Positions 1 to 12,039 are shown, counted from the stretch's first letter. The stretch: 64,000 bases of DNA from Chiloscyllium plagiosum (GCF_004010195.1 NC_057719.1:37816547-37880546); one strand, 5' to 3'. Program-made: numbers and translations. Notes: generated from the letters alone by a model not told the origin.

Positions 1-75
1 AACGTTAAATTTATGGGGTCAGCTATTACATGGATACTTTTGAGGGGCTGAAATTCATGCCCGTCAAAATTCATA

Positions 76-600
76 CCGCACTGTTGGAATATTGCGTGCA
101 ATTCTGGTCTCCTTCCTATTGCAAAGATGTTGTGAAACTTGAAAGGGTTCAGAAAAGATCTACAAGGATGTTGCCAGGGTTGGAGGCATGGGGCTGTTTT
201 CCCTGGACCGTCAGAGGTTGAGGGGTGACCTTATAGAGGTTTACAAAATCATGAGGGGTATGGATAGGATAAATAGACAAAGTCTTTTCCCTGGGGTCGG
301 GGAATCCAGAACTAGAGGGCATAGGTTGAGGGTGAGAGGGAAAAGATATAAAAGAGACCTAAGGGGCAACTGTTTCACACAAAGGGTGGTACGTCTATGG
401 AATGAGCTGCCAGAGGAAGTGGGGGAGGCTGGTACAATTGCAACATTGAAAAGGCATTTGGATGGATATATAAATAGGAAGTGTTTGGAGAGATATGGGC
501 CGGGTACTGGTAGATGGGAATAGATTGGGTTGGGATATCTGGTTGGCATGGACAGGTTGGACCGAAGGGTCTGTTTTCATGCTGTACATCTCTATAACTG
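76..600 (+). mobile_element. CR1-clade LINE 3' fragment
   Basis: ORF2 C-terminal motifs LEYCVQFWSP, RLRGDLIEVYKIM and FTQRVVRLWNELP, frameshifted, followed by the 3' UTR. Confidence 0.9.
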
Positions 601-630
601 TAAGCCCAACTGGTCTCTAACTGATCTCAT

Positions 631-946
631 GGGGCGGCATGGTGGCTCAGTGGTTAGCACTGCTACCTCACAGCACCAGGGTCCCAGGTTCGATTCCAGC
701 CTCGGGCGACTGTCTGTGTGGAGTTTGCACATTCTCCCCGTGTCTGCGTGGGTTTCCTCCGGGTGCTCCGGTTTCCTCCCACAATCCAAAAATGTGCAGG
801 TTAGGTGAATTGACCATGCTAAATTGCCCATAGGGTTAGATGCATTAGTCAGAGAGAAATGGGTCTGGGTAGGTTAGCCTTCGGTGGGTCGGTGTGGACT
901 GGTTGGGCCAAAGGGCCTGTTTCCGCACTGTAGGGAATCTAATCTA
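631..946 (+). mobile_element. tRNA-derived SINE, HE1/V-SINE type
   Basis: A/B-box head (ggtggctcagtggttagc...ggttcgattcc), central gtttgcacattctccccgtgtctgcgtgggtttcctccggg domain, CR1-like tail ending in (aatct)n. Confidence 0.9.
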
Positions 947-2067
947 AACAAATAAAGAGAAATAACCAATGAATTCCGAAAACCTGGAGTGGAACACAAC
1001 AGCCAGTGGACTGGAACACCATGCGTGGAGCAGAACAACTAGCAGACTAGAAAGCTGGAGTAGGATGTGATGGCCAGCATACTGCCTCATAAACATTAAT
1101 GTGTTATCTGTGAAGAACTAGGGTCGACTTTTACACAAGATATGTGGAAACTTCCAGATTATTTGGCCAAAAGTAGAGGGTTGACATTTACATGACATCG
1201 ACTGGTTACTTGAGTGTATATGGTTGACAGCAGGTTTACTGAGTTGCCCATTGTGAAGCAGAAGTCTGGGATTCCCTCCTTGTGAATTAAACTCCAAATT
1301 TTAGAAATAGTAGATTCCTTGCCGAGTTTCCTTTTGTTTGCTGATTTCCTTGGATGGGTTGTTGTTGTGGAATTGAAATGCAATAGCTGTGTTATTGAAG
1401 GTGTATGCATGCACTCTGTGTGCATATGATAACTTTGTTAAGCGGTTCCATTGCACAGTTTTCAGTTCTTTTCCTGACCAAGCAAATAATGCACCTGCAT
1501 TGCTTTTTGAACAGTTTTTAAAGAAGTTTGTGTACATTTATAAATTATTATGAATCAGTATTGTTCACATCTGTAAAGAAATGCTTTTAGTGTTGGATAC
1601 CTCACAGATTCTTCATTTATTTTATTTTGTTCTTTTATGAATTTTCAATTTTGAGCCAGAATTGACCGTTGGACTTTGGGACAGTTTGGGTTAAAAAGGA
1701 AAGAACAGACTTGGCAAGCTTTGTTTGTTTGAAAAGCCAAACCTGGAGGTTAATTGTAGGCTGAGCCTTGATTAAATGGTTCCACCGACCAGCCTCCACC
1801 AGCCCCCACCCCAAAACTAGCTCAGGAAAAGCATTGTGTTTAAATAAGTAGCAGAAATTGGCTATTCAAGAGGCCAATACCTGAGGAGTTGATCACAGCA
1901 AGCTTGAGGGAGACCCTGTGTTCAACAGTTGCCAGATTTTGAACGGTGACTGAGACCTCGGGGAGATTCAGTCAGTCTACTGGGGTGAAATCAGAATTAA
2001 AGACTTTTTTAAGCTATGTTTTCTGTGAGATGGTTCTTGAAGGCTGTTGAGACAGTATGAAGATTTG

Positions 2068-2168
2068 AAACAACAACAGAAATCGCTGGAAAAACTCAGC
2101 AGGTCTGGCAACATCTGTGCAGAGAAAACAGAGTTAACATTTTGGGTCCCGTGACCCTTCTTCAGAAG
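2068..2168 (-). mobile_element. Short PLE-terminus-like repeat (family 3) with a degenerate hammerhead
   Basis: Reverse complement reads CTGAAGA-AGGGTC-ACGG-GACCC-aaaatgttaact. Related copies at about 17650, 18270 and 49320. Confidence 0.65.
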
Positions 2169-2376
2169 AGGTTTGAAAGCTCACTGTCTAATCTGATGTG
2201 CCAGCGTCCAGAAACCCAAAGAAAGAAGTGTTGCCGCCTTTCCTTGAGTGAACTAAGAAGGTGACCCTGGTCAATGTTTCAGAAAAAACAGTTGCCTGTG
2301 AACAATGCACCATGAAGGATATTTAGGTAATCAGTTTTAATTATGCTTCAACTTTGTTTATTTCTGTCTTTTGTGT

Positions 2377-2751
2377 CAGAAGTCACATGACACCAGGTTA
2401 TAATCCAACAGGTTTATTTGGAATCATAAGCTTTTGGAGTGTTGTTCTTTCATCAGGTGAAGTGGAGGGAGATGCATAGGCTAAATAACAAATTGTTGCA
2501 AATGACCACCCTGTCGACACTCCACTCACACCATTTGTACTATCTTTTGACACACTTAATTACCTGGAATTTTCTTGCAATGATCTCTCTGCCTATAAAT
2601 TTCATGTCTGTCCACTTCTCTCTGCTTCACCTGACGAAGGAGCAGCTGTCTGAAAGCTTGTGATTTCAGATAAAACTGTTGGACTATAACATGGTGTTGT
2701 GTGATTTCTGACTTTGTCCACCCCAGTCCAACACTGCACCTCCACATCATG
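2377..2751. mobile_element. Fold-back PLE-derived insertion (family 2) with an 11-bp TSD
   Basis: Inverted arms at about 2375-2474 and 2605-2712, tail 2713-2751, TSD gtcttttgtgt at 2366-2376 and 2752-2762. Homologous to 53943-54187. Confidence 0.8.
2628..2662 (+). ncRNA. Putative minimal type I hammerhead ribozyme
   Basis: cac-CTGACGA-aggagcagctgtct-GAAAGCTT-gtg: stem I cac/gtg, AGCT palindrome, stem II partly decayed. Confidence 0.55.
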
Positions 2752-3074
2752 GTCTTTTGTGTGAATGGTGCTGAAAACAAATGTTTTGGGTTTAAAGCAT
2801 AGACGTGTCAGCTTACCATGCTGATTACATTTTCTCTCTGCTAATGTTAGTTTGTATTTAATAAATTGTTAAGTCTTTTGTTTAAGATACAAAACTGGTG
2901 TCTAGAAATTAATTATTCACAAAATCTGGGATTGGTTAATCAAAAGTCTAGTTAGGACCTGTTGGAGTGACTATTTGGGAGTCTTCAAAAGTTTAATTTT
3001 TCTGCATTGTGAATACAGAGGTATAAAATATCCTTTTGGTTCTGTCTCTGTTTTATAACAAGTCAGTTTGGAAA

Positions 3075-3434
3075 TCATAGAATCATAAAATCCATGCAAA
3101 AAGAGATCATTCAGGCCATTGAGTCTGCATGGTCTGAAGAGTATCCCACTCAAATCCATCTCCCCCATCCAGCCATATCCCTGAAACCCCAGATTGTTTT
3201 TTATTTTACCATGACTAATCCACTTAAACCACATCTCCCTGAACACTACTGGGTAATTTTTCTAGCATGACCAATCGACCTAACCCACACATCTTTGGAT
3301 GTGGGAGGAAACTGGAGCAGCCCCACAGAGACATGAGGAGAATGTGGAAACTCCACATACAAATGCCCAAGATTGGAATCGAACCTGGCTCTCTGGTACT
3401 GTGAGGCAGTAGCGCTAACCGCTGTGTCACCACG
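3075..3434 (-). mobile_element. HE1/V-SINE-type SINE, diverged
   Basis: Reverse complement is similar to 631-946 in head, core and tail. Confidence 0.8.
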
Positions 3435-4469
3435 TGTACAATATTAAACTTTTTTCATTATGCTTTATTGAATTAAGTTTTTTTTTCAACTTTAACCAGA
3501 ATGTCTGAGACCTCGTGCTTGACTATCTTGCTCTTCCTCTGTGATATCATTCTCCCCAATAATGCTATTGGCACATTAATAGTTTCATACTGAATTTAAA
3601 TTGATACTCAAGTCAGTAAGTATAATGTACAGATCTAAAACAAATGCGCACAAACTACTATACTTGATTTCAAGGGGGTCAGGTTGGTGATTCCTTGTTC
3701 TGTGGCCGAGTGCCATATTTTTGTAATTATATATTTAAAATAACAGAAGAAGATATGAAATTATTGGCCTAAATTTGCTTTTGTCTTTACATTCTGTTTC
3801 CGTATAATGTTCTTGGGTTTCTTCAGGATTTCCTTTTTTTTTTCCTTTTTCAAAGGCATGACAATGCAAAATCAGGTTTCTTCTGGTTAGAAAATCAAGG
3901 ACTAGAGGTCATAATCTAAATATTACTGCCTGGTTTTCTTTAGGAGTGAAGTTCAGAAGCATATTCAAAGGGTACTAGGAGCTTGGAATACTTCTGTAAA
4001 TGTTCAGTTGTTCATTTTAAATCCTAGGATTGTTCATTTTGTTTAATCCAAAGGTGGTTATAGGACAAAGTCAATGTGAATTAGGACACGCAAATTAGGT
4101 AGCTAATAAGCAGAATTATAGCACACACTCCAATGTCTAAATACCCTTTTTCTGTTTTGGTTTGGTTCTTGAGGTTTTTTTTGTAACTTCCATCTTCATG
4201 TGCGTGTTAATTTGATAGTTCTTATACATATAAGATTTACAAGTACAAGATATTATTTTCAAAATTCAGATGGACATTGACAATGTTAAGCTATCACCTT
4301 CAGCTTTTTTTAAAAAGATTCAACGATTTGACAATCACTTCAAGGCAAAGAAGGGTAAAATATTGTTTAAAATACTGTGAATAGAGGCCGTCCTGAATCT
4401 CCAGATTCTTTTCCTCGGAAAGTTTCTAAATCTGATGTAAACTTAATGCAGATGTAATTGCCTTTTCAG

Positions 4470-4916
4470 GAGTGCATTCACAATTAAACTCCCCGCTGAC
4501 AGTCAGCTCCAGGGAATCAGTTCAAGAAACAGTGATTGCAACAGACTCAAAAGAAATGCGAAGTGAAAATAAAACTTCAGAAACTGATCGGTTTGAAGCA
4601 CACCATTCGTCGTCTTCAGAACTTGAGCCAAATTTGAGTTCAAAAAACGAAATGGAAAGACATCCCTGGGACGAGACAGGAGAGGGAAGACATTCAGAAA
4701 CAAGTGAGCCAAGGAGCAGAAGCAGCTCTACAAACAGTGGTATTAGTGTTTTTAGCCATGTAACATCTCCGGAACAGCAGATAGGAGCAATTTCCTCGCC
4801 TGTAGGATTAACAAAGATTTCAGATTCTGCAGAAAGATTCAGAACAATGAACATGGAAGAATTCAACCAACAGCTCATTGTTGTTCCTGTAAAAAAGAAG
4901 AAGAAACGCAAGCAAG
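4470..4916 (+). CDS. TECPR2: TECPR2 internal coding exon A (447 nt; phase 1 in, phase 1 out)
   Basis: Acceptor ccttttcag|G, donor CAAG|gtat. Encodes SEPRSRSSS...EEFNQQLIVVPVKKKKKRKQ, matching the recalled human TECPR2 motifs SEPRSRSSS and EDFDQELVVKPIKVKRKKKKKK. Confidence 0.88.
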
Positions 4917-5183
4917 GTATTTTTTTAATATAACCTTTTCCGCCAACTCCAAACAGACCCCACCACCAGGGATATATTTCCCTCCCCACCCCTTTCCGCC
5001 TTCCGCAAAGACCGTTCCCTCCATGACTACCTGGTCAGGTCCACGCCCCCCTACGACCCACCCTCACATCCTGGCACTTTCCCCTGCCACCGCAGGAACT
5101 GTAAAACCTGTGCCCACACCTCCTCCCTCACCTCCATCCAAGGCCCTAAAGGAGCCTTCCACATCCATCAAAGCTTTACTTGC

Positions 5184-5323
5184 NNNNNNNNNNNNNNNNN
5201 NNNNNNNNNNNNNNNNNNNNNNNNNNNNNNNNNNNNNNNNNNNNNNNNNNNNNNNNNNNNNNNNNNNNNNNNNNNNNNNNNNNNNNNNNNNNNNNNNNNN
5301 NNNNNNNNNNNNNNNNNNNNNNN
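5184..5323. other. Assembly gap (140 N)
   Basis: Run of N. Confidence 0.99.
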
Positions 5324-5471
5324 GGGAGGGGATGAAGGTGTTAGGTCAGGGAGGAGAGGGTGGAGTGGATAGGTAGAAAAGAAGATAGGCACCCATTGTA
5401 CTCTATGCTACTTTCTCCCCACCCCCACCCTCCTCTAGCTTATCTCTCCATGCTTCAGGCTCACTGCCTTT

Positions 5472-5508
5472 ATTCCTGATGAAGGGCTTTTGCTCGAAAC
5501 ATCGATTT
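5472..5508 (+). ncRNA. Putative minimal hammerhead ribozyme, slightly mutated
   Basis: ttc-CTGATGA-AGGGC-TTTT-GCTC-GAAACATC-ga. Confidence 0.55.
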
Positions 5509-6282
5509 CGAAGCTCCTTGGATGCTGCCTGAACTGCTATGCTCTTCCAGCACCACTAATCCAGAATCTGGTTTCCAGCATCTGCAGTCATTGTTTTTAC
5601 CTCTTTGGCTTTATAACCCTTGTTGACTTCATTAATCTAAATTAAGGGTTATCTAATTTAAATATGCAAACCAGCACTGAGGACTTCAATGATAATTTGC
5701 AAAAACCTGAAGTGATGCTGTTGATATTTAATGACAGCCATCAAATTGGCATGCAACTTTTCAGAGTAGAATCAGATTTACTGCCTGCTAATTTGGACAA
5801 TTACAAGGCTATATTTCTAAGGTGGTTCTGCTTATTAATCTAATTATAATAAAAATAATGTGACACACATTCTCACAACTTGAACATTTTGGTGGGAAAC
5901 ACTGGAAAAGTGGTTGGAAAATTGATAATTGGATGGCATAAGTTTACTATCATGAAGAGAGAGAGAGAGAAGTTCAATTTTATTTTAAACTGGTTTGGAA
6001 TTGCTCTGTTCAAATATAGTAATGTGATCCATAATTTGGAGAAGTGCACATAATGCCATGGAAAATTTTACAGCATTGTTCTAGATGAATATGGTTTCTG
6101 TATGATGGAAGGAATTTTTTTGGCTCATTGAGGATTTTATTTTAATTAATAATTTGTAATACGATGCTGCAATTATATATTGTAGTTACAGGTAATGTAA
6201 AATTGCTTTTTGATCCGATTTTCTGTTTTCCTGCTGCAAAGTGTCTCTGTTTATGAATAATTGCATGTTGTTTGTCATACAG

Positions 6283-7304
6283 CAAGTTCTGGATCTGAAG
6301 GCAGTCTTGTAAAACATGAAATTGACTGTTCCAATAGTTCCCAAAGTTCAGAGCCAGCACTGTTGAGTGACTTTGCTTTTGATGGCTCCATAACCACAAC
6401 TTGTGACTTGTCTGATCAAATGAGTTTGTTGAGCAGCAGCCTGGATCACTTGATCACTGATTTTTCTGAACAAGAGAGCCAGATTGGTACAGAATTGGAT
6501 ACTTTTTTGCAAGAGGAGAGTAATTCCAATATTTTTGGCTCCATACAATCTCCTGAGTGTACATCAACATCACAGGATGACCATCTCCCATCAGACAGTT
6601 TAGCAGAATCTTTGAAGACTGCAACTACAATGAATGAAAATACATATTCCTCTGATTTACATTTTGCAGAATGTTTAGATACTGTATCTTCTGTCAAATT
6701 GGAAACTTTAGACAGTTCCTGCAATAAAAACAAAGACTGCAGAGGCGAGGTTTCAGTGTCAAGTTCTGAACCAGTACTTAGACAACAAGCAAATTTAGTT
6801 AACACTATGTTTGATGTGGTTTGCAACAGTGAACCTTTGGAATTAAGATCTCGAGATCCAGAAAAATCTGTGTTGTCTGGTGGCCTAAATTTGCAAGGAT
6901 CTTTAAGTGAAAGCTCAGAGTCTTTCTTGGATGAGCGTCATGCACTACTGATGAGAATTCTTTCACCAGACAAAGATCACAACAGACAAGAAATCAATGC
7001 ATTTTCACAGTTATGTGTGTCATACAATGTACCCAATTTATCAGACAGAACTGAATCTCCGCAACCTTTTGAAACTGTTTGTTCAGTTGATAATGCTATC
7101 ACTGACGAAAAGAAAGTCCAACAACAACTTTCATCTTCCAGTGATGATGAGGATATTTATGGCCATGGAGGACCTCCTTCATTATCTGAAACCAGTGTGA
7201 CTGAACACATTCTCACTTCTGATGCTGAAAAATCACAAGGTTCAGTTTTTCAAGATCTGAATACTTCTGTTTCAGATGAAATGGAGCTTTTAAAATCGGA
7301 TCAG
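6283..7304 (+). CDS. TECPR2: TECPR2 large coding exon B (1022 nt), Ser/acidic linker
   Basis: Acceptor tttgtcatacag|CA, donor CAG|gtgaag; lies within ORF 6261-7337. Phases match the neighbouring exons. Contains SSSLDHL..SEQES and SSDDEDIYGHG..SETSV, similar to human TECPR2. Confidence 0.9.
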
Positions 7305-7457
7305 GTGAAGCAAAATCTATATTTGTTTTTCTTTTAATGTTTACTCTTGAAATTAAAAATTCATAAATTACATTTGTTCTATTTTTAATTATCATCTGTT
7401 CTTTAATGTAACATGTTACCAAAGAAAAAGCAGTTGGCCAGGTAAGCACATGACATT

Positions 7458-7752
7458 GATTAGATTAGATTAGATTACTTACAGTGTGGAAACAGGCCCT
7501 TCGGCCCAACAAGTCCACACCGACCCGCCGAAGCGCAACCCACCCATACCCCTACATTTACCCCTTTAACCTAACACTACGGGCAATTTAGCATTGCCAA
7601 TTCACCTGACCTGCACATCTTTGTGACTGTGGGAGGAAACCCACGCAGACACGGGGAGAATGTGCAAACTCCACACAGTCAGTCGCCTGAGTCGCGAATT
7701 GACCCCGGGTCTCTGGCGCTGTGAGGCAGCAGTGCTAGCCACCGTGCCGCCC
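7458..7752 (-). mobile_element. HE1/V-SINE-type SINE
   Basis: (agatt)n tail and reverse-complement head ending accgtgccgccc. Confidence 0.9.
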
Positions 7753-7980
7753 ACAAATTATTTATTTAAGAGTTTTGATGGCAATTACAAAAGTTTGAAA
7801 TATTTTTGTCAGTTCTATGAATTCATTGTTAACTTAAATGTGGAAACTGAAAAACTTATTCTTGAATAAGGCGCATATGTTTTGAAATGAGAACATAGAC
7901 ACTGGTTCTTGAAAGGACAAGAAAAAGAGGAAAATTCATACTGAAAAAATAATTGACTTCTGTTTATTTGGTGTTTTTAG

Positions 7981-8164
7981 TTTGCTGAGAGCTGGATGGG
8001 TTACTCTGGCCCGGGCTATAATATCCTCAGCCTTGTGGTCTCTGAGAAGCATGTCTGGTGTTTAGACTACAAAGGTGGACTATACTGTAGCCCATTTCAT
8101 GGTACAAGTTTGCGGTGGCAGAAGTTTGAGGATGGTGTACAACAGGTGGCTGTATCACCATCAG
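7981..8164 (+). CDS. TECPR2: TECPR2 exon C (184 nt), start of the tectonin repeat region
   Basis: Acceptor gtgtttttag|, donor TCAG|gtcagt. Translates FAESWMGYSGPGYNILSLVVSEKHVWCLDYKGGLYCSPFHGTSLRWQKFEDGVQQVAVSPS. Confidence 0.96.
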
Positions 8165-8445
8165 GTCAGTGAAAAAATGGTGTTGCTCTGTTGTGCAGAA
8201 TTCCAGATATTTGTGGAATCGAAGATAGGAACTTGTCAGCTCTCTCATTATACATTTCTAATAGAATATAAATTATGTACACGCAAATAGTTAAAAAGTG
8301 CTTGAGGGAGAATGTAGGTAATTGTACAATTAAAATATATTCTGCGCCTTGTTTGCAAAGCATATATTGATTAAACTAAAACCTCTAAAACCTCCTGTAT
8401 TTTAATTTTAGACATCTTTGGAATTATTTTACTTTTTAATAACAG

Positions 8446-8619
8446 GTGTGCTGTTATGGAAGATTGAACAAAAATCAAGCAAAGCTTTTGCCTGTGCTAA
8501 AGTGACAATGAAAGGGAAGAGACATTGGTATGAGGCTCTACCAAATGCTGCATATGTTGCTTTAAGTGATGACACTGCATGGATCATCCAAACTAATGGA
8601 GAACTCTATCTACAAACAG
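8446..8619 (+). CDS. TECPR2: TECPR2 exon D (174 nt)
   Basis: Acceptor taacag|GT, donor ACAG|gtagat. Translates (G)VLLWKIEQKSSKAFACAKVTMKGKRHWYEALPNAAYVALSDDTAWIIQTNGELYLQT. Confidence 0.96.
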
Positions 8620-9271
8620 GTAGATACAAACAGTGATGCATTTATTATTGCAATCATGGATATTATCTCATCAAAGTGTTCGGAAATGCTACTGAACACA
8701 ACTGGAACAGGTGAGACTTGAACTTAGTCCTTCTGGCTCAGGGATAGGACAGTACTACTGTGCCACATGAGCCCTTATTATTGCAGTCATGTGCTTGCAG
8801 CAGAAAGTGTTTTCCTCAGTAGGTATAATTAATCATTCACAGATTCCATCAAAACCGTGTTTCTCCTTAGTCGGTGCACTGTTTACTGCACAATTGAATG
8901 TGTTTAAAATAAATATATTTAACATTTATATTTCTATAGTTTATTTCGCAATCTCTGGCTGTGCTGTCTTTAGGCAATCCCATGAATTGGTTGTGTCCCC
9001 AGTAAATTAGGAAAATTAGCAAGATATTGCACTTAAAAAGAAATAGGACTTTTAAATTTTAAAGGCAATTTCTAAGGCCTATTGCATGATTATACATAGC
9101 AGAGAGGTTGGGACAAATTAAATAACTCTTTCAAAAAGACAAGTTGGACATCTGGGATGAACGTGTTATGTGATCTTGTGGAGGCCCAGCCTATAGTACT
9201 TTATCATACTAAATGAATATTGTAGGAAAAGCTTGAGCTTTTCCATTTAGGTTGGTGCCATTCTTTGCTCA

Positions 9272-9545
9272 AGGGAGGTGATGGTCGACTGGTATTAATG
9301 TTGGATTATCAATCCAGATACCCAGGTAATCTTCTGAGGACCCAGGTTCAAATTATTGAATTTGAATTCAATAAATATCTGTAATTAGGGAAGGAAACTG
9401 CCATCCTTACTTGGTCTGGCCTACATGTGTCTTCAGACCCATAGCAATGTGGTTGATATTTAACTGCCTTCAGGGAGATTTATGGATGGATAGTAAATGC
9501 TGGCCTAGCCACTGATGCCCACGTCCTGTGAATGAACAAAAAAAT
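9272..9545 (+). mobile_element. SINE-like element, family B (shares its 3' tail with LINE family B)
   Basis: Core ggaaggaaactgccatccttacttggtctggcctacatgtg...cagacccatagcaatgtggttga, tail taaatgctggcctagcc...gaatgaa(A)n. Copies at about 27065, 33610, 34030, 42625 and 59245. Confidence 0.75.
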
Positions 9546-9769
9546 TAGAAGTTCTGCAGGATGAAAAGAAAATCACGTGTCGCCATGCAAAAGAATTGTT
9601 ATTTAACAAAAATTTCTTTAAGTCAAAATGTTCAAACTATTTCTAATCGACATTTTTTTGGGACTTGAACCCAGACCTCCTGACTCAATTGTAGGCATAC
9701 TACCACTGCACTACACAAACCCCTCAAAAATATTTAATTTTTTCCATTAACCTATTTTCCTGATCAATC

Positions 9770-9845
9770 TGTCGAGAGCTGAGGCAGGAATTGAACCCAG
9801 GTCTCTGGTGCTGTGAAGCAGCAGTGCTAACCACTGTGCCACCAT
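9770..9845 (-). mobile_element. HE1-type SINE head fragment
   Basis: Reverse complement of ggtggcacagtggttagcactgctgcttcacagcaccagagacctgggttcaattcc. Confidence 0.75.
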
Positions 9846-9849
9846 AGAA

Positions 9850-10545
9850 CACACCAGATGGCCTCCTCCTTCAAAGATTGTGATTTCCCTTCCCACGTGG
9901 GCGACAACGCCCTCCAGTGCATCTCCACTTCCCGCATCTCCGCCCTTGAACCCCACTCCTCCAATCACAACAAAGACAGAACCCCTCCAGTCCTCACCTT
10001 CCACCACACCAACCTCCATTAGAGAGACAGGGCACCAACTTGCGAAATGTTTAGAGAATATCTCTGGTACACTCACACAGAACAAACCCACCATCCTGTG
10101 AGTGAACACTTTATCTCCCCCTCCCACTCCGCCAAGGACATGCAAGTCCTGGGCCGCCTCCACCACCAAACTCTAGCCACCCAATGCCTGGAGGAAGAAC
10201 GCTTTGTCTTCTGCCTTAGGACCCTCCTGCCACACGAGATCAATGTGGATTTCATCAGTTTCCTCAGTTGCCCTCCCCCATCTTGTCCCAGATTTAACCT
10301 TCCAACTTGGCACTGTCCTATCTTGCTTCCCACCTTTCCACTTCATCCTCCTCTCTGACCTATCACCTTCACCCCAACCTTCATCTACTTATTGCATTCC
10401 CAGCTACCTTCCCCCTCCAGCCCCACACCCCTCCCATTTATCACACAGCCCCCCTTGGGCGACTCCCTCATTCCTGATGAAGATCTTATGCTCAAAACAT
10501 TGACTGTTCTGCTCCTGTGCTTTTCCAGCACCACACTCTTCAATC
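9850..10545 (+). mobile_element. Penelope-like element remnant with a GIY-YIG endonuclease C-terminal region
   Basis: IRETGHQLAKC/FREYL...PVSEHFISPSHSAKDMQVLG...LEEERFVFCLRTLLPHEINVDF, then a pyrimidine-rich UTR and a decayed hammerhead (CTGATGA at 10474). Confidence 0.8.
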
Positions 10546-11529
10546 TGGGTACATAATCTTAGGTTAAAAAGTAAAAAAATAAAGAAATAAGTTAAAAGGT
10601 TTATTGTTAGTTCTTGTCAGTATAAAGTAGTAAATAAGAAATTAAAATTTTGTTGTACATTTTTTGTCATACAGTAAATCTCAAAATATTTTTTCTCTTT
10701 ATTTTCAATTGCTTCTTCCTGCTAGCCCTTTTCTTCCCATCGGCTTTCAACTCTTCATTGTTGCTGTCTGTGTTTCGAGCCTTTTTTAAAAAATCTGTGG
10801 CAGTGTGTACAAAGCCACTTCAGTACCATGTGCTTGATAGAAGGCTTTCATGTGATGTTCCCTTCCAAAAATATTTAAGATAAATACAGCTAATGTCATC
10901 GAGTTTCTATTTAAAACTGGATGAACAGAATGTGTTGATCGTGGTAAGTATCAACTTGCCATTTACTGGAATGAGGGGGAGAATGGTGGCAGCACTTAGT
11001 ACTAAGATGCACATTGAGGTATTATACTTTCTGGGGAAGTGACAGAGATGCATAATTGTTGCATAGGAATGCAGGTATTTTATAGTATGGTTTATAGAAT
11101 ATAAAAGTCATGGTATATAATTAATTTATATAGAATTCTTCAGTGCTGTATGCAGTTTTCGGCTTCACCTCATAGGAAGGATGTTGATGCAAAGGTGCAG
11201 CATAAGTTTTTTTAGTCTGAAGAAATAACCTCAAAAAGAAAGACATAAATTTTGGAGCTGTTTGGAGAAATGGAGATTGAGGTGGCGTGATTGACTGCAA
11301 AATATTGGGAACAAAACAAAAATAACATATATCTTGTAGGAGAGTTGTGAAACTGGAATACAGTATCAAAGGTGACGATTGAAATGGAAACTATGTTGAG
11401 TTTTAAGAACATTGCTAAGAAAGAGACAGAACTTTGCACCTTCCATTCATCAAAACTGAAAAACAAACAAAATGTTTTTATTTTGTGTTGTCCTCCTCTT
11501 CCCTTTCATCATTGGTGAAGTAGCCAACA

Positions 11530-11970
11530 GGCTAACTTAAAAAGTTAAGGTTGAAAGGAAAGCTACTCAGTCCTTCGAAGACAAGTTGTAAGCCAGAAGA
11601 TTGGGAACATTTTAGGAACCAAGAAAATATTACTGAAAATAAATTGGTGGAGAAATTAGAATCTGACAGTAAACGAGCAAAAAATTTAAAAGCAGACAGT
11701 CAGAGCTTTCAAAGTATAAATGAAGAAAATAGCTAAAATGAGTATGTCCCTCAGAGGATGAAGGTAGTGAACTACTAATAACAGTATACATATTATCAGA
11801 GGATAGGGATTAGTAGTATGGATCTGTATTCATATTTGGGCACAAAACGCATCTCAAAGTAACAATAGGAAAAACCACGGGGTAGAGGGAAGGGAGGTAC
11901 TTAAAACAATCAGTCTCTCCAGAAAAGTACTGCGAAAACTCATGAGATTAAAAGCTATCAAGTCCTGGGG
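11530..11970 (+). mobile_element. Old CR1 ORF2 fragment
   Basis: Degenerate KPEDWEHFRNQ...KLAKNLKADSKSF-like motifs. Confidence 0.55.
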
Positions 11971-12039
11971 CACTTTTCAATTCTGAAAGTGGAAGCATTT
12001 GTACAAACTTGTAAATGGGCCAATAAATCATAGGGTGCC

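Larger units (their letters stand above)
4934..5604 (+). mobile_element. 5'-truncated Penelope-like element (Neptune-like) with an internal assembly gap and a partial inversion
   Basis: Translates FRQLQTDPTTRDIFPSPPLSAFRKDRSLHDYLVR and the Cys linker PGTFPCHRRNCKTCAHT. The 3' terminus carries a hammerhead motif and matches the family at 46134 and 48481. Confidence 0.8.

Noticed and set aside
631..710. tRNA-like sequences with A/B boxes (also at about 3400, 7720, 8700, 9660, 9800, 33270 and 56770)
   Set aside because: They are SINE heads followed by SINE bodies or truncated, and I saw no complete cloverleaf.
1100..3060. Possible long LTR-like element ending ttataaca and hosting the 2068 and 2377 insertions
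   Set aside because: I could not define a 5' end, a TSD or a second copy.
4503..6826. Minus-strand ORFs 4522-4989, 4503-4712, 6348-6548 and 6446-6826
   Set aside because: They are antisense shadows of TECPR2 exons A and B with no recognisable homology.
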